Below are positions 26,827 through 35,509 of a stretch of 64,000 nt of DNA, in pieces. The position numbers and the translations under genes are program-made. The notes beneath the pieces are model-generated. The model saw only the letters and a program-made list of their open reading frames with translations. It was not told where the DNA came from and ran no database searches. Source of the stretch: Patescibacteria group bacterium (GTDB lineage Bacteria; Patescibacteriota; Minisyncoccia; Phycocordibacterales; UBA918); the NCBI GenBank assembly GCA_019745315.1, contig JAIETH010000002.1:98306-162305 (forward strand), in the 5' to 3' direction. Each line of letters begins with the position of its first letter. The stretch's first letter is position 1.

Positions 26827-27610
26827 AACAACCCTTGAAAAGAAATATCTTGCCACACAAGAATCAGTTGATCTTGATACATATATACAAAATAAAAAAA
26901 TAGAAATAACACAAAGCCCCTTCCCTCATCTGACGGCGGACAATTTTTTTAACAACGAGATACATTCAGAAATAAAAAAGTACTTTAGTAGTGTATTTTC
27001 ACGAGGGCTTGTAGAAAATCAAGACCCAAACTACTTTAAACCTTTTATATATAAAAATTCTTCTCGCGAATACGATGGATATCTGTACACACCTCGACAC
27101 AACGAGGACGCTATATTAAAGACTTTTTTTAGTAATACGTGGAATTTATTTTTCTCAAATCTTTTTTCTCAACCTACTGGTATTTGTACATCGCTTGCGC
27201 TTCACTACCATCCTCCGGGTGACAAAACCGGGTTTGTTCATCATGATTTTGCTCCAAAATGGTTTTCTGCACTCGACACAGCAGGAAATAACATGCTGTA
27301 TCGAGATCGATCAGAGCCAGTTGGCATAAATCTCACAAAACAAATGCGTGCAATAACGCTGATTTATTATATTGATTTAGATAAAAATGTATGGAAAGAA
27401 GGGGATGGTGGAGAGACAGGAATTTATGAAAAAAAAGACGGTGAGCCTGTTAAACTCATAACTCCCAAAGATAATAGATTATTTGCATTTCAAGTATCAC
27501 CTCACTCATTCCATGCATTTCAGGCAAATCAAAAGCCTCGTGCATCAATTATTCAATGGTTCCATATAGACCCTGCGTGGTGTGAAAAAAAGTATAAGAC
27601 GAAATCATAG
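26792..27610 (+). CDS. Putative 2-oxoglutarate/Fe(II)-dependent oxygenase-like protein
   Basis: A spacing like HxD...H is present (FVHHDF ... SPHSFHAF). No clear homolog can be named from sequence alone. Confidence 0.35.
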   Translation: MIPMSTFLERFKTTLEKKYLATQESVDLDTYIQNKKIEITQSPFPHLTADNFFNNEIHSEIKKYFSSVFSRGLVENQDPNYFKPFIYKNSSREYDGYLYTPRHNEDAILKTFFSNTWNLFFSNLFSQPTGICTSLALHYHPPGDKTGFVHHDFAPKWFSALDTAGNNMLYRDRSEPVGINLTKQMRAITLIYYIDLDKNVWKEGDGGETGIYEKKDGEPVKLITPKDNRLFAFQVSPHSFHAFQANQKPRASIIQWFHIDPAWCEKKYKTKS

Positions 27611-27661
27611 ATAGAAAAAAGGCTGCGGCTTTCAAGCAGCAACCTTCTAGAATCTTCTGGA

Positions 27662-28228
27662 TCACCGGGAGGGCGCAATCTCCACCCTGGAAGCCGTGAT
27701 CTGGAGAATGGGGCCATGACGCCCGTCCGGCATCCTGCCGGGGGGCATGAACTGCCTCATCTCGAGCGCCACACCCGACAGCGCACCCGACGTGACGATC
27801 GTCGCCTCCCCTGTCCGCGGAATCGACGAGCCGCCAAGACCGTCAAGGCATCGAACCCTCGCGACCTGGAGGCTCATGCCGGCCACCATACGTTCCTCAC
27901 GTCCGAGAAGCTCGCAGTCGCGCACCTCGCGCGACGCCCGGTTCTCGAAGTAGTCCTGGTAGCGACAGGTAGAGAAGCCTTCATTCCATCGCTTCCCCAC
28001 CTCCAGACTGTCCGGCGGCAAGTAGCAGGAGAAGAGCAGCCCCCCCGCTTCTTCTTGGCGACCAGGTCCCGTATTGATGCCCGGACGGAGATTCTCGCGA
28101 TCGTACATGACGACCATAGCCCGAGCTTCTGGGTTGCGCGAAGAAACGGGACGGGAATCATTCCCTCCCGTGACACACCCCCCAAGAATGATTGCTGCCG
28201 CAAGGAGCGGACCGATTGACTGCCTCAT
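27662..28228 (-). CDS. Lipoprotein of unknown function encoded in a sharply high-GC island. Start taken at MRQSIGPLLAAAIILGGC.
   Basis: Signal peptide plus lipobox ILGGC. GC content is well over 60% across 27645-28270 against a low-GC background. The antisense Arg-rich ORF is an artefact. Confidence 0.55.
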   Translation of the reverse strand: MRQSIGPLLAAAIILGGCVTGGNDSRPVSSRNPEARAMVVMYDRENLRPGINTGPGRQEEAGGLLFSCYLPPDSLEVGKRWNEGFSTCRYQDYFENRASREVRDCELLGREERMVAGMSLQVARVRCLDGLGGSSIPRTGEATIVTSGALSGVALEMRQFMPPGRMPDGRHGPILQITASRVEIAPSR

Positions 28229-28321
28229 CTTTCGAAGTCCTCCATTTTTCAGCAACACGATCGTCACCGAAATCTAAAAGGACTATACCATGCTCACAAT
28301 TTTTGTCAAAAAAATATTTAC

Positions 28322-29212
28322 TTACCCGATATGAGTATCTCCTAGCATTTCTGTTCTGGTGACATAGGTGTGCCCTGGACGTGCCGCAACAAACTTAACT
28401 TCTGGATTCATAAAACGCATAGCCCAATCAAACTCTTCTTCAACTACAGCGCTCGGGCGAACATACTCCATCAAACCATTCCATACACTCTTGTTGTAAC
28501 AACCAATAAGTGAAACAACTTTTGTTTGTATTCTATGCGCCAAAAGAGCAGCTTGACCTGGGCTTAAACAGGATAATTCAGATATGGAACGATTTCCTTC
28601 CGCGTCTTTTATCTGTAGAGAATTTCCACTCGCATTTACAAATAACACATCTACATTCAAGTTATTAAATTTTTCCCAGACAGCATCCAATGTGAGCATC
28701 TGCCTATTGCGATTGCCTGCGGGATCGGCGATATGTAAAAGTGATCCTTGCTTACTAAATACATGCCACGCAAGATGTCCTGAGACTGTATGAGTATAGG
28801 CACGGATAGTCAAAGAACCTATAGTACAAGATTCCCCATCCACAAATCCTTGCGCGCGCACATCAAGCCCTTTTTCTCTAAAAAGAGAGTCTAAAATATC
28901 TTGATTGTCTTTTTTGAGCGTCGGATATCCAAACAGAGGTGATGAAGCGGTTGTTTTTGAAAAAATATCTAGTATATCTTTTTTGGGTGCATGGTGAGTA
29001 TGAAAATGGGAAACAAACACAGCGTCAACAGGCATATATTCCTCAACATTTGCATATCCTTGAGGCAACTGAAAATCAATAGTGCTGTGCCCCACAAGAC
29101 TTTCAAGAACAGGATACTTTACCGTACTGCTGGTAAACCATGGATCAATCAAAATATGAGTATCTCCTTCGCGAATACTTATTCCTGCATGTGCTATAAA
29201 CTGTATTTTCAT
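28322..29212 (-). CDS. Metallo-beta-lactamase-fold hydrolase
   Basis: FVSHFHTHHA is an HxHxDH-type motif, with a Gly/Asp-rich beta-sheet core. Confidence 0.7.
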   Translation of the reverse strand: MKIQFIAHAGISIREGDTHILIDPWFTSSTVKYPVLESLVGHSTIDFQLPQGYANVEEYMPVDAVFVSHFHTHHAPKKDILDIFSKTTASSPLFGYPTLKKDNQDILDSLFREKGLDVRAQGFVDGESCTIGSLTIRAYTHTVSGHLAWHVFSKQGSLLHIADPAGNRNRQMLTLDAVWEKFNNLNVDVLFVNASGNSLQIKDAEGNRSISELSCLSPGQAALLAHRIQTKVVSLIGCYNKSVWNGLMEYVRPSAVVEEEFDWAMRFMNPEVKFVAARPGHTYVTRTEMLGDTHIG

Positions 29213-29317
29213 AAGATAGGTATTATATCAAAAAATAATTTTAAGCGTCTTTGGCCAGTAAATAACCCTGGCTCAAGCTATTGTGTCAGAAAAAGCGTTC
29301 TGAGATATACTATAGGG

Positions 29318-30619
29318 ATGGACACGATACTTTATAATCTGAAGAAGCTCGTTCCCCACCAACTCTTGGCACTTCTTCGACCTCCCTATCATTATATACT
29401 CACGCTCTGTGGGGCAGTATTCTATGGCTTCCCTTCTCGTGAAATAACCGTTATTGGAGTTACGGGAACAAAAGGAAAATCAACGGTAACTGAGCTCATC
29501 GCCGCAATCTTTGAAGCCGATGGTAAGCGCACGGCTGTTGCGAGCACAATACGATTTAAGATCGGCGAACGGAGCGAACCAAACCTCTATAAGATGACTA
29601 TGCCCGGACGATTTTTTATACAAAAATTTCTTCGTGATGCAGTCTCTGCTGGATGTACTGTTGCCATTGTCGAGATGACGAGCGAAGGAGCTCGTCAGTA
29701 CCGGCACAAGTTTATTGATCTTGATGCTCTGGTGTTCACCAACCTTTCTCCCGAGCATATAGAATCTCATGGGTCATTTGAGAAATACAAACAGGCAAAA
29801 CTATCGCTTGCTCATGCCCTCGAAGAATCCCGAAAACGACCTCGCCGTATCATTGCAAACGTTGATGACATACACGGGAAAGACTTCTTATTTATTGATG
29901 TTGAGAAAAAAATACCATACTCACTACAAGACCCAGAGCTTCATACACTTACAAAAGATGGCGTGAGCGTTGTGTTTAATGGAATCACAATCCGCACACC
30001 ACTTGTTGGTCTCTTTAATGTATATAACGTAATTGCAGCTATTTCTTGTGCTGAATCTTTTGGCATACCTCTCAAAATTATTGAGCGCGCCTTAGGAAGC
30101 CTCGCACCCATTAAAGGTCGTGTTGAAAAAATATCAACTCCTTCTGGCGCATCAAAAAATATTACTGCAGTTGTTGATTACGCCCATACACCAGACTCGC
30201 TTGAGAAACTCTATAAAGCTTTCAATGATATTCCGAAGATTTGCGTGCTGGGGAATACAGGAGGTGGACGCGATACATGGAAGCGACCAGAAATGGGTCG
30301 CATTGCTGGAGAATATTGTGATCATGTAGTGTTAACTGACGAAGACCCCTACGACGAAAATCCAAATCTTATTGTTGAAGCAATGAAAAATGGTATTACC
30401 GATCAAAACAAAGTGACTGTGATAATGGATCGTCGCGAAGCAATACGCCATGCGCTGCGCATTGCGCCCGATAAGTCCGTAGTTCTTATTAGCGGCAAAG
30501 GTACAGACCCATACATAATGGGACCTCGAAATACAAAAACTCCGTGGAGTGACGCCGAAACTGTTCGAGGAGAAATTGCATACCTTTTTCCAGTAGAATC
30601 ACGAAAACGCCATGGCTGA
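29318..30619 (+). CDS. murE: Mur ligase family protein, probably UDP-N-acetylmuramoyl-L-alanyl-D-glutamate--2,6-diaminopimelate ligase (MurE-like). Start taken at MDTILYN.
   Basis: VIGVTGTKGKSTV P-loop; Mur ligase middle and C-terminal domains (DYAHTPDSL, GNTGGGRD). The upstream 109 codons of the listed ORF are antisense to the MBL gene. Confidence 0.75.
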   Translation: MDTILYNLKKLVPHQLLALLRPPYHYILTLCGAVFYGFPSREITVIGVTGTKGKSTVTELIAAIFEADGKRTAVASTIRFKIGERSEPNLYKMTMPGRFFIQKFLRDAVSAGCTVAIVEMTSEGARQYRHKFIDLDALVFTNLSPEHIESHGSFEKYKQAKLSLAHALEESRKRPRRIIANVDDIHGKDFLFIDVEKKIPYSLQDPELHTLTKDGVSVVFNGITIRTPLVGLFNVYNVIAAISCAESFGIPLKIIERALGSLAPIKGRVEKISTPSGASKNITAVVDYAHTPDSLEKLYKAFNDIPKICVLGNTGGGRDTWKRPEMGRIAGEYCDHVVLTDEDPYDENPNLIVEAMKNGITDQNKVTVIMDRREAIRHALRIAPDKSVVLISGKGTDPYIMGPRNTKTPWSDAETVRGEIAYLFPVESRKRHG

Positions 30620-30830
30620 TGAAAAAGGTGGAGGAGGAGGAGGTGACAGCGGACTTGGATTCTTTTTAATATTTTTTGGAGCAATTTTTGCTTTCTGGCT
30701 CATCTCAGGCGGAGGGCAAGGAGGAGGTATTTTTGGAAACGCAACGTCTTCCTTCTTTGGCGTATACAGCAGTACAACCATAGAAAGCTACACATCAGAA
30801 GAAAGTAACCAAGGTTCTTTTGTAAGATAA
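30612..30830 (+). CDS. Small Gly-rich membrane protein, hypothetical
   Basis: 72 aa; GGGGGGD...GGGQGGG flanking one transmembrane segment; overlaps the murE stop by 8 nt. Confidence 0.35.
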   Translation: MADEKGGGGGGDSGLGFFLIFFGAIFAFWLISGGGQGGGIFGNATSSFFGVYSSTTIESYTSEESNQGSFVR

Positions 30831-30859
30831 CTCTGGTCTAATTTTTATATACCCCACTT

Positions 30860-31231
30860 ATGCTCTCGATATTCCCCATCATGTTCTTGTCGTTACTGGC
30901 TCATGCAATTCTACGCGTAGCAACTGGGGCTGTACTCATCGCTTTTGGAATTCAGAATTTTCGAAAGATACAGAGCGGCACTCAACATACACACCTTTTC
31001 CTCGTGACCATCTGTGCCCTTTATGAAGTGGTATGTGGAGCACTTTTGGTGGTTGGGTACTTAACGCAAGCAGCCGCACTTACTCTTGTGGGATACGCAC
31101 TCCTTATTTCTTTTGTGCGAAGAAGCGGAGTCTCGACACTGCCGGCGTCGACTCGTATTTTGTTAGCTGGTATAGGTCTCTCACTTTTTATAACAGGAGC
31201 AGGCGCATTTGCTGTTGACATGCCTTTTTAA
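30860..31231 (+). CDS. DoxX-family membrane protein
   Basis: 123 aa, 4 transmembrane segments, RVATGAVLIAFGIQNF DoxX-like N-terminus. Confidence 0.6.
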   Translation: MLSIFPIMFLSLLAHAILRVATGAVLIAFGIQNFRKIQSGTQHTHLFLVTICALYEVVCGALLVVGYLTQAAALTLVGYALLISFVRRSGVSTLPASTRILLAGIGLSLFITGAGAFAVDMPF

Positions 31232-31320
31232 TCACTTTTTTGTAAGTGGTGACATTTCACAAAATACTGGTATAGTGGACGCGAGCGTAAGCTCTTTTTT
31301 GTTTTGTAGAAACAAAAGAT

Positions 31321-31500
31321 TATATCCGCCCGTGGCTCAGTCAGGTAGGCGTAGAAAGTACCCCGCACTTTCTACCCTTTTAAGGAGAAGATCTTCATCC
31401 AAACACAATATATCCGCCCGTAGCTCACATCAGTGAGCGTAGACAGCATCCCATGCTCTCTACCCTTTTAACGAGAAGGTACATTTATCGTTAACACATA
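31321..31500 (+). repeat. Two tandem units of about 89 bp, each a degenerate tRNA-Lys 5' half carrying a 9-11-bp hairpin insertion and an anticodon-loop-like CCCTTTTAA(G/C)GAGAAG, immediately upstream of the intact tRNA-Lys
   Basis: Units start atatccgcccgtGgctca (31321) and atatccgcccgtAgctca (31409); the gene starts atccgcccgtagctca (31501). Hairpins are gtagaaagt-acccc gc-actttctac and gtagacagcat-ccc-atgctctctac. Confidence 0.8.
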
Positions 31501-31502
31501 CA

Positions 31503-31578
31503 TCCGCCCGTAGCTCAGTCGGTAGAGCAGCTCCCTTTTAAGGAGATGGTCGTAGGTTCAATTCCTACCGGGCGGACC
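31503..31578 (+). tRNA. tRNA-Lys (anticodon TTT) with encoded CCA
   Basis: CCGCCCG TA GCTC AGTCGGTA GAGC A GCTCC-CTTTTAA-GGAGA TGGTC GTAGG-TTCAATT-CCTAC CGGGCGG A CCA. Confidence 0.85.
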
Positions 31579-31618
31579 AAAAGAAAAAACAGCACGCAGG
31601 TGCTGTTTTTTCTTTTGG
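31576..31618 (+). terminator. Long intrinsic terminator after tRNA-Lys
   Basis: ccaaaagaaaaaacagcac-gcag-gtgctgttttttcttttgg. Confidence 0.85.
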
Positions 31619-31739
31619 TCCGAAACAGAGCCATGTCGCAAGGCGACGGCGAGTTGGGGTCGCGAGATTTTCTTTAGAAAATACTCGTGACGACCTTTTA
31701 GCCCGAGGCGCAGCTATGTCGCTTTTGCGACCGCGAGTC

Positions 31740-31778
31740 GGGATCACAAATAAATTTCCGTAAGGAAATTTATTTGTG
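31740..31778. other. Perfect 17-bp inverted repeat (ATCACAAATAAATTTCC-gtaa-GGAAATTTATTTGTGAT) 3' of holA. A terminator or protein-binding palindrome.
   Basis: exact palindrome, AT-rich. Confidence 0.5.
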
Positions 31779-31799
31779 ATGACAAATTGTCCGAGCCCC

Positions 31800-32495
31800 C
31801 TACACCCGAAGCAGAAACCTCTCTAAATCAATACTCATATCGCCTTCGCTATGCCCTCTATGGTACACAGCAAGGAGTGAATTTGATATATCCACCAGAC
31901 TTTCTTTGGTAAAGAGCTTGAGAGCGCCCTTTGCTTTCTTATACGGATACTCTTTCATACCAGCTTGCTCTGCACTCTGTGCAACAGTCACTAGCAGTAA
32001 TGATTTAATTTGCCAAAACAACACTCCTGCAACCTCTTCTGGTGAAACACCTGAAGCATATGCACGCATAAGCAATACCCATAAAGACTTTTTATCTCTT
32101 CGCAAAAAAGCGTCAGCAAGTAGAAATGTGTTGAAGCCTTCTTTTTCATCACGCTCTTCGCTCTCTGTATATTTCTCAGCATGAATACGTAATTTTTTTT
32201 CATACGCTGCCCGAGGTTTGGTATCAAGTAAAACGAAGACCCGTTCTGACTGTGCGTAAAGGTCAATATCTTCCTCAAATGATTCAAGGGCTCCATCTGC
32301 TTCAGAGAGAAAGTCGAGAACTACAGGACCAGGACTCTCTCCAAAAAGAGATTGCGCGTATACATGATCAATGAGCATGCCTGGACTATATGACTCTGCA
32401 GTTATACGAACCACCTCTCCTTCCAATGTGTCTAAAAAAACATGCGCATCTTTTCGCACAACAACACCGTCATTACCTACAAATACATAGAGCAT
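31800..32495 (-). CDS. holA: DNA polymerase III delta subunit-like (HolA-like), short form
   Basis: 231 aa; the position immediately downstream of polA and the helical clamp-loader-like C-terminus suggest the call. The sequence match is weak. Confidence 0.4.
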   Translation of the reverse strand: MLYVFVGNDGVVVRKDAHVFLDTLEGEVVRITAESYSPGMLIDHVYAQSLFGESPGPVVLDFLSEADGALESFEEDIDLYAQSERVFVLLDTKPRAAYEKKLRIHAEKYTESEERDEKEGFNTFLLADAFLRRDKKSLWVLLMRAYASGVSPEEVAGVLFWQIKSLLLVTVAQSAEQAGMKEYPYKKAKGALKLFTKESLVDISNSLLAVYHRGHSEGDMSIDLERFLLRV

Positions 32496-32519
32496 ACAAA
32501 AAGTGAGCTTACTACCATT

Positions 32520-34946
32520 TTATGTGAGGTCTTTTTTAATTTTCTTCATATCTCCCCAGCTAGCTCCGACCGCAACCTCTGCAACAATTGGTACACCCTC
32601 ACGTTTCTCGTGCGGCAAAACTTCTTCCAAAATTTCTTTTATCTTCCATATAGGAGCACGGTCGCCCTCCCTAACTTCAAATACCAACTCATCATGAACC
32701 TGCAAAAGCATGTGAACACCTTCGATATTTTTTAAATAGTCATCAATACGTATCATAGCAACACGAAGCATATCCGCTCCTGTACCCTGAACAGGGGCAT
32801 TAATCGCCATGCGTTCAGCGCTCGCTCGCACAAACGGTATAGTTGAACGAATGCCTGGGAAATACCGACGTCGTCCAAAGAGAGTTTCGGTGTACCCATG
32901 CTTGTATGCAAACGCCTTCGTGTCTTCAAGATACTGAGTAAGTTTAGTAAACGTATGGAAATATGCATTTAAGAACTCCTGCGCCTCAGCACGCGTTGTG
33001 CCTTCTCCTAAATTGGCACGGAGCGCATTAACCCCCATACCGTAGAGAATACCGAAGTTGATGACTTTTGCTTTCCTGCGCATCTCTGCATCAACTTTTT
33101 CTTGAGGCACTCCAAATACACGCGATGCAACACCGCTATGTACGTCTTCGCCTCGTGCAAAAATCTCAATGAATTTCGGATCACATGAAAGGAATGCAGC
33201 GATACGCAACTCAATCTGAGAGTAATCGATTGAAACCAGCTCAAAACCTGGAGCGGCAATAAATGCTTTTCGAATAGCTCTCCCCTCTTCCGTGCGAATA
33301 GGAATATTTTGGAGGTTAGGATTTTGAGAAGACATTCGTCCTGTTGTTGTACCTGCCTGAAGAAAGGTTGTATGAATACGACCATCTGCGCCAACAAGTG
33401 TAGGCAAGCTGTCGACATACGTAGAAAGGAGTTTTTGTAACTCTCTATATCTAAGAATCTGATCAATAATAGGATGTTGATCTCGCAACTTTTCGAGCTC
33501 TGACTCTCGGGTCGAACGCTGTCCCGTAGCAGTACGTTTTTGATTTTTTACTCCGAGACCAAGCACATCATACAAAATGTCCCCCATTTGTTTTGGTGAA
33601 TTAATATTGAAGACCTGCCCTGCAATACGATGAATCTCATCTTCTTTTTCTTTTAATTCTTTATGGAAAATAACCGAAAGCCCCTTGAGATACTCAATAT
33701 TAAGAGTAATTCCATACTTCTCCATAGTACGCAGTACAGGCATCAGTGGAACTTCAATATCTTCATATACTTTTTTTAACGAGAGACGATCAAGTTCTGC
33801 AAAAATAAAAGCTTTTGTTTCAGAAAAATTTGACGCCTTCCCTTCGGTGCGCCCAAATTCCAAAATTTCTTCTAACGTAGGATTTGTAGTATCTGATCGC
33901 AAAACCCAGAGAGCCAAGGCTGTGTGTGCAACTTCATCTTCAGGAATCACCTCCTCTTCTTTTTGCTGCTCCTCTACAAGAACACCTCCAAAGAGCGTCC
34001 TAATGCGGTCAGAGAGCGTCCGGAAACCGAGCTCTGCAAAAAGCGTAAGCACAACCTCTGTATCGAGAGCTTCGCGCCACGAAGTATGTGGCAAAACAAA
34101 GTCTATCGGGGCGTCTATTCGTATAGTAGCGAGCATCTTAGAAAAACGCGCCTCTTCTTCATTATCTTTGAGGAGATTAATGATTCGAGGAGTGAGACCC
34201 AAGCGCGCAACAGATGCCTCATCCTTCTTAAGCACAGCGTACATTTTTTCTATAGTGCGGTACTCAGAAATTAATATGGTTGCTGTTTTTTCCCCAATAC
34301 CCACAATTCCAGGAATATTATCTGAAGGATCCCCACGCAAACCCTTATAGTCAGGTATTGATGTCGGCCCAAAACCAAAACGCTCAACCACAGCTTTTTC
34401 ATCATACATAACGGTATCTTTTATACCCTTCCGTAGGGTATACACCTGCACACGAGTACCCTCAATGAGTTGGAGGGTATCCATATCTCCCGAAGCAATA
34501 ACAACATCAATATCTTTTCTATTCTTCATCGTATGGGCAATAGTGCCGAGCATATCGTCTGCTTCGAAACCACCATATTCGACGAGCGGAATACCGAAAG
34601 CCGCAAACACATCTCGAGAACGATTTATCTGAGCAACAAGAGCTTCGTCCGTCTTCACACGTCCGGCCTTATACCCCTCAAATGCCTGATGTCTGTAGGT
34701 TGGCTCAGGCAGATCAAAACATGCAACGATATATGTGGGCTTAAGTTCTTCGACAATCTTTAGCACCATTGTCACAAGGCCGTAGAGAGCGCCCGTCGGC
34801 TCACCTTTTGGAGAAGCGAAATCAGGGAGAGCGTGGTACGCGCGGTGCAATATTGCATGAGCATCAAGCAACACAAGGCGCTCTCGCGTAGCGTTTTCTT
34901 TTTTTACACGAACCTTCGCGCTTTTTTTTGAAACAGAGTCAGTCAT
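32520..34946 (-). CDS. polA: DNA polymerase I (5'-3' exonuclease plus polymerase domains). Start taken at MTDSVSKK.
   Basis: 5' nuclease motifs (LVLLDAHAILHRAYHAL, GIPGIVGIGEKTA); pol motifs A (DYSQIELRI), B (RRKAKVINFGILYGMG) and C (QVHDELVFE). Confidence 0.9.
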   Translation of the reverse strand: MTDSVSKKSAKVRVKKENATRERLVLLDAHAILHRAYHALPDFASPKGEPTGALYGLVTMVLKIVEELKPTYIVACFDLPEPTYRHQAFEGYKAGRVKTDEALVAQINRSRDVFAAFGIPLVEYGGFEADDMLGTIAHTMKNRKDIDVVIASGDMDTLQLIEGTRVQVYTLRKGIKDTVMYDEKAVVERFGFGPTSIPDYKGLRGDPSDNIPGIVGIGEKTATILISEYRTIEKMYAVLKKDEASVARLGLTPRIINLLKDNEEEARFSKMLATIRIDAPIDFVLPHTSWREALDTEVVLTLFAELGFRTLSDRIRTLFGGVLVEEQQKEEEVIPEDEVAHTALALWVLRSDTTNPTLEEILEFGRTEGKASNFSETKAFIFAELDRLSLKKVYEDIEVPLMPVLRTMEKYGITLNIEYLKGLSVIFHKELKEKEDEIHRIAGQVFNINSPKQMGDILYDVLGLGVKNQKRTATGQRSTRESELEKLRDQHPIIDQILRYRELQKLLSTYVDSLPTLVGADGRIHTTFLQAGTTTGRMSSQNPNLQNIPIRTEEGRAIRKAFIAAPGFELVSIDYSQIELRIAAFLSCDPKFIEIFARGEDVHSGVASRVFGVPQEKVDAEMRRKAKVINFGILYGMGVNALRANLGEGTTRAEAQEFLNAYFHTFTKLTQYLEDTKAFAYKHGYTETLFGRRRYFPGIRSTIPFVRASAERMAINAPVQGTGADMLRVAMIRIDDYLKNIEGVHMLLQVHDELVFEVREGDRAPIWKIKEILEEVLPHEKREGVPIVAEVAVGASWGDMKKIKKDLT

Positions 34947-35412
34947 TATGTATGCCAAACACCTTAACGTTTCGCACCCCATCCCCCACAACAATAAAGT
35001 CTATATGGAGGGTTTCTTTGAGTGCGGCATGCATACGCTCAACCCATTCAACCACAACAAGAGAGTGCTCGCTACTAAGGATATTCTCTATATCAAGAGA
35101 ACGAAGCTCGCGAGCATCTTCAATGCGATACGCGTCCATGTGAATAAAACTGGCAAAATCAGGGTGTGTGGTTGTATATCGTTTTTGTATTACAAATGTA
35201 GGACTTGTTACGATTTCAGCAACTCCAAGAACTCGAGCAAGAGACTGACTAAATGTCGTTTTGCCTGCGCCTAAATCTCCAGAAATTCCACACACAGTCG
35301 CCCCTATCTTGGGACGGTGACGTAGAAGCATATCAAGAACCTCCGAAGCAAATATATCGACTTCTGCAAGGGTGATGTTTTTTTCTACGAGAAGAGATAG
35401 TGTTGGATCCAT
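34939..35412 (-). CDS. tsaE: tRNA threonylcarbamoyladenosine biosynthesis protein TsaE (YjeE P-loop ATPase)
   Basis: GDLGAGKTTF Walker A, SPTFVIQKRY; the start is uncertain (internal Met MDPTLS used). Confidence 0.75.
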   Translation of the reverse strand: MDPTLSLLVEKNITLAEVDIFASEVLDMLLRHRPKIGATVCGISGDLGAGKTTFSQSLARVLGVAEIVTSPTFVIQKRYTTTHPDFASFIHMDAYRIEDARELRSLDIENILSSEHSLVVVEWVERMHAALKETLHIDFIVVGDGVRNVKVFGIHND

Positions 35413-35509
35413 ATCAGAGAGAAGTATAGCAATAAATACACGGGGCGTCAGATACGAGAAACTGTTATTTTCCAACAAACAACCGTGTCGCTCGTGCTAC
35501 CATACAGAC

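Noticed and set aside
27716-28219. 167-aa + strand ORF (Arg/Pro-rich) and other ORFs at 27747-27953, 27874-28203 and 28074-28277
   Set aside because: These are antisense or alternative frames of the high-GC lipoprotein gene. Arg-rich phantom ORFs are typical in high-GC DNA, and the lipoprotein frame with its signal peptide and lipobox is the coherent one.
28991-29317. The N-terminal 109 codons of the 542-aa Mur ligase ORF
   Set aside because: It overlaps the minus-strand MBL hydrolase gene. Mur-ligase similarity starts at MDTILYN (29318).
33685-34350. 221-aa + strand ORF, and 33924-34274
   Set aside because: Both are antisense inside polA, which carries clear polymerase motifs on the minus strand. 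Their Ser/Arg-rich composition is an artefact.
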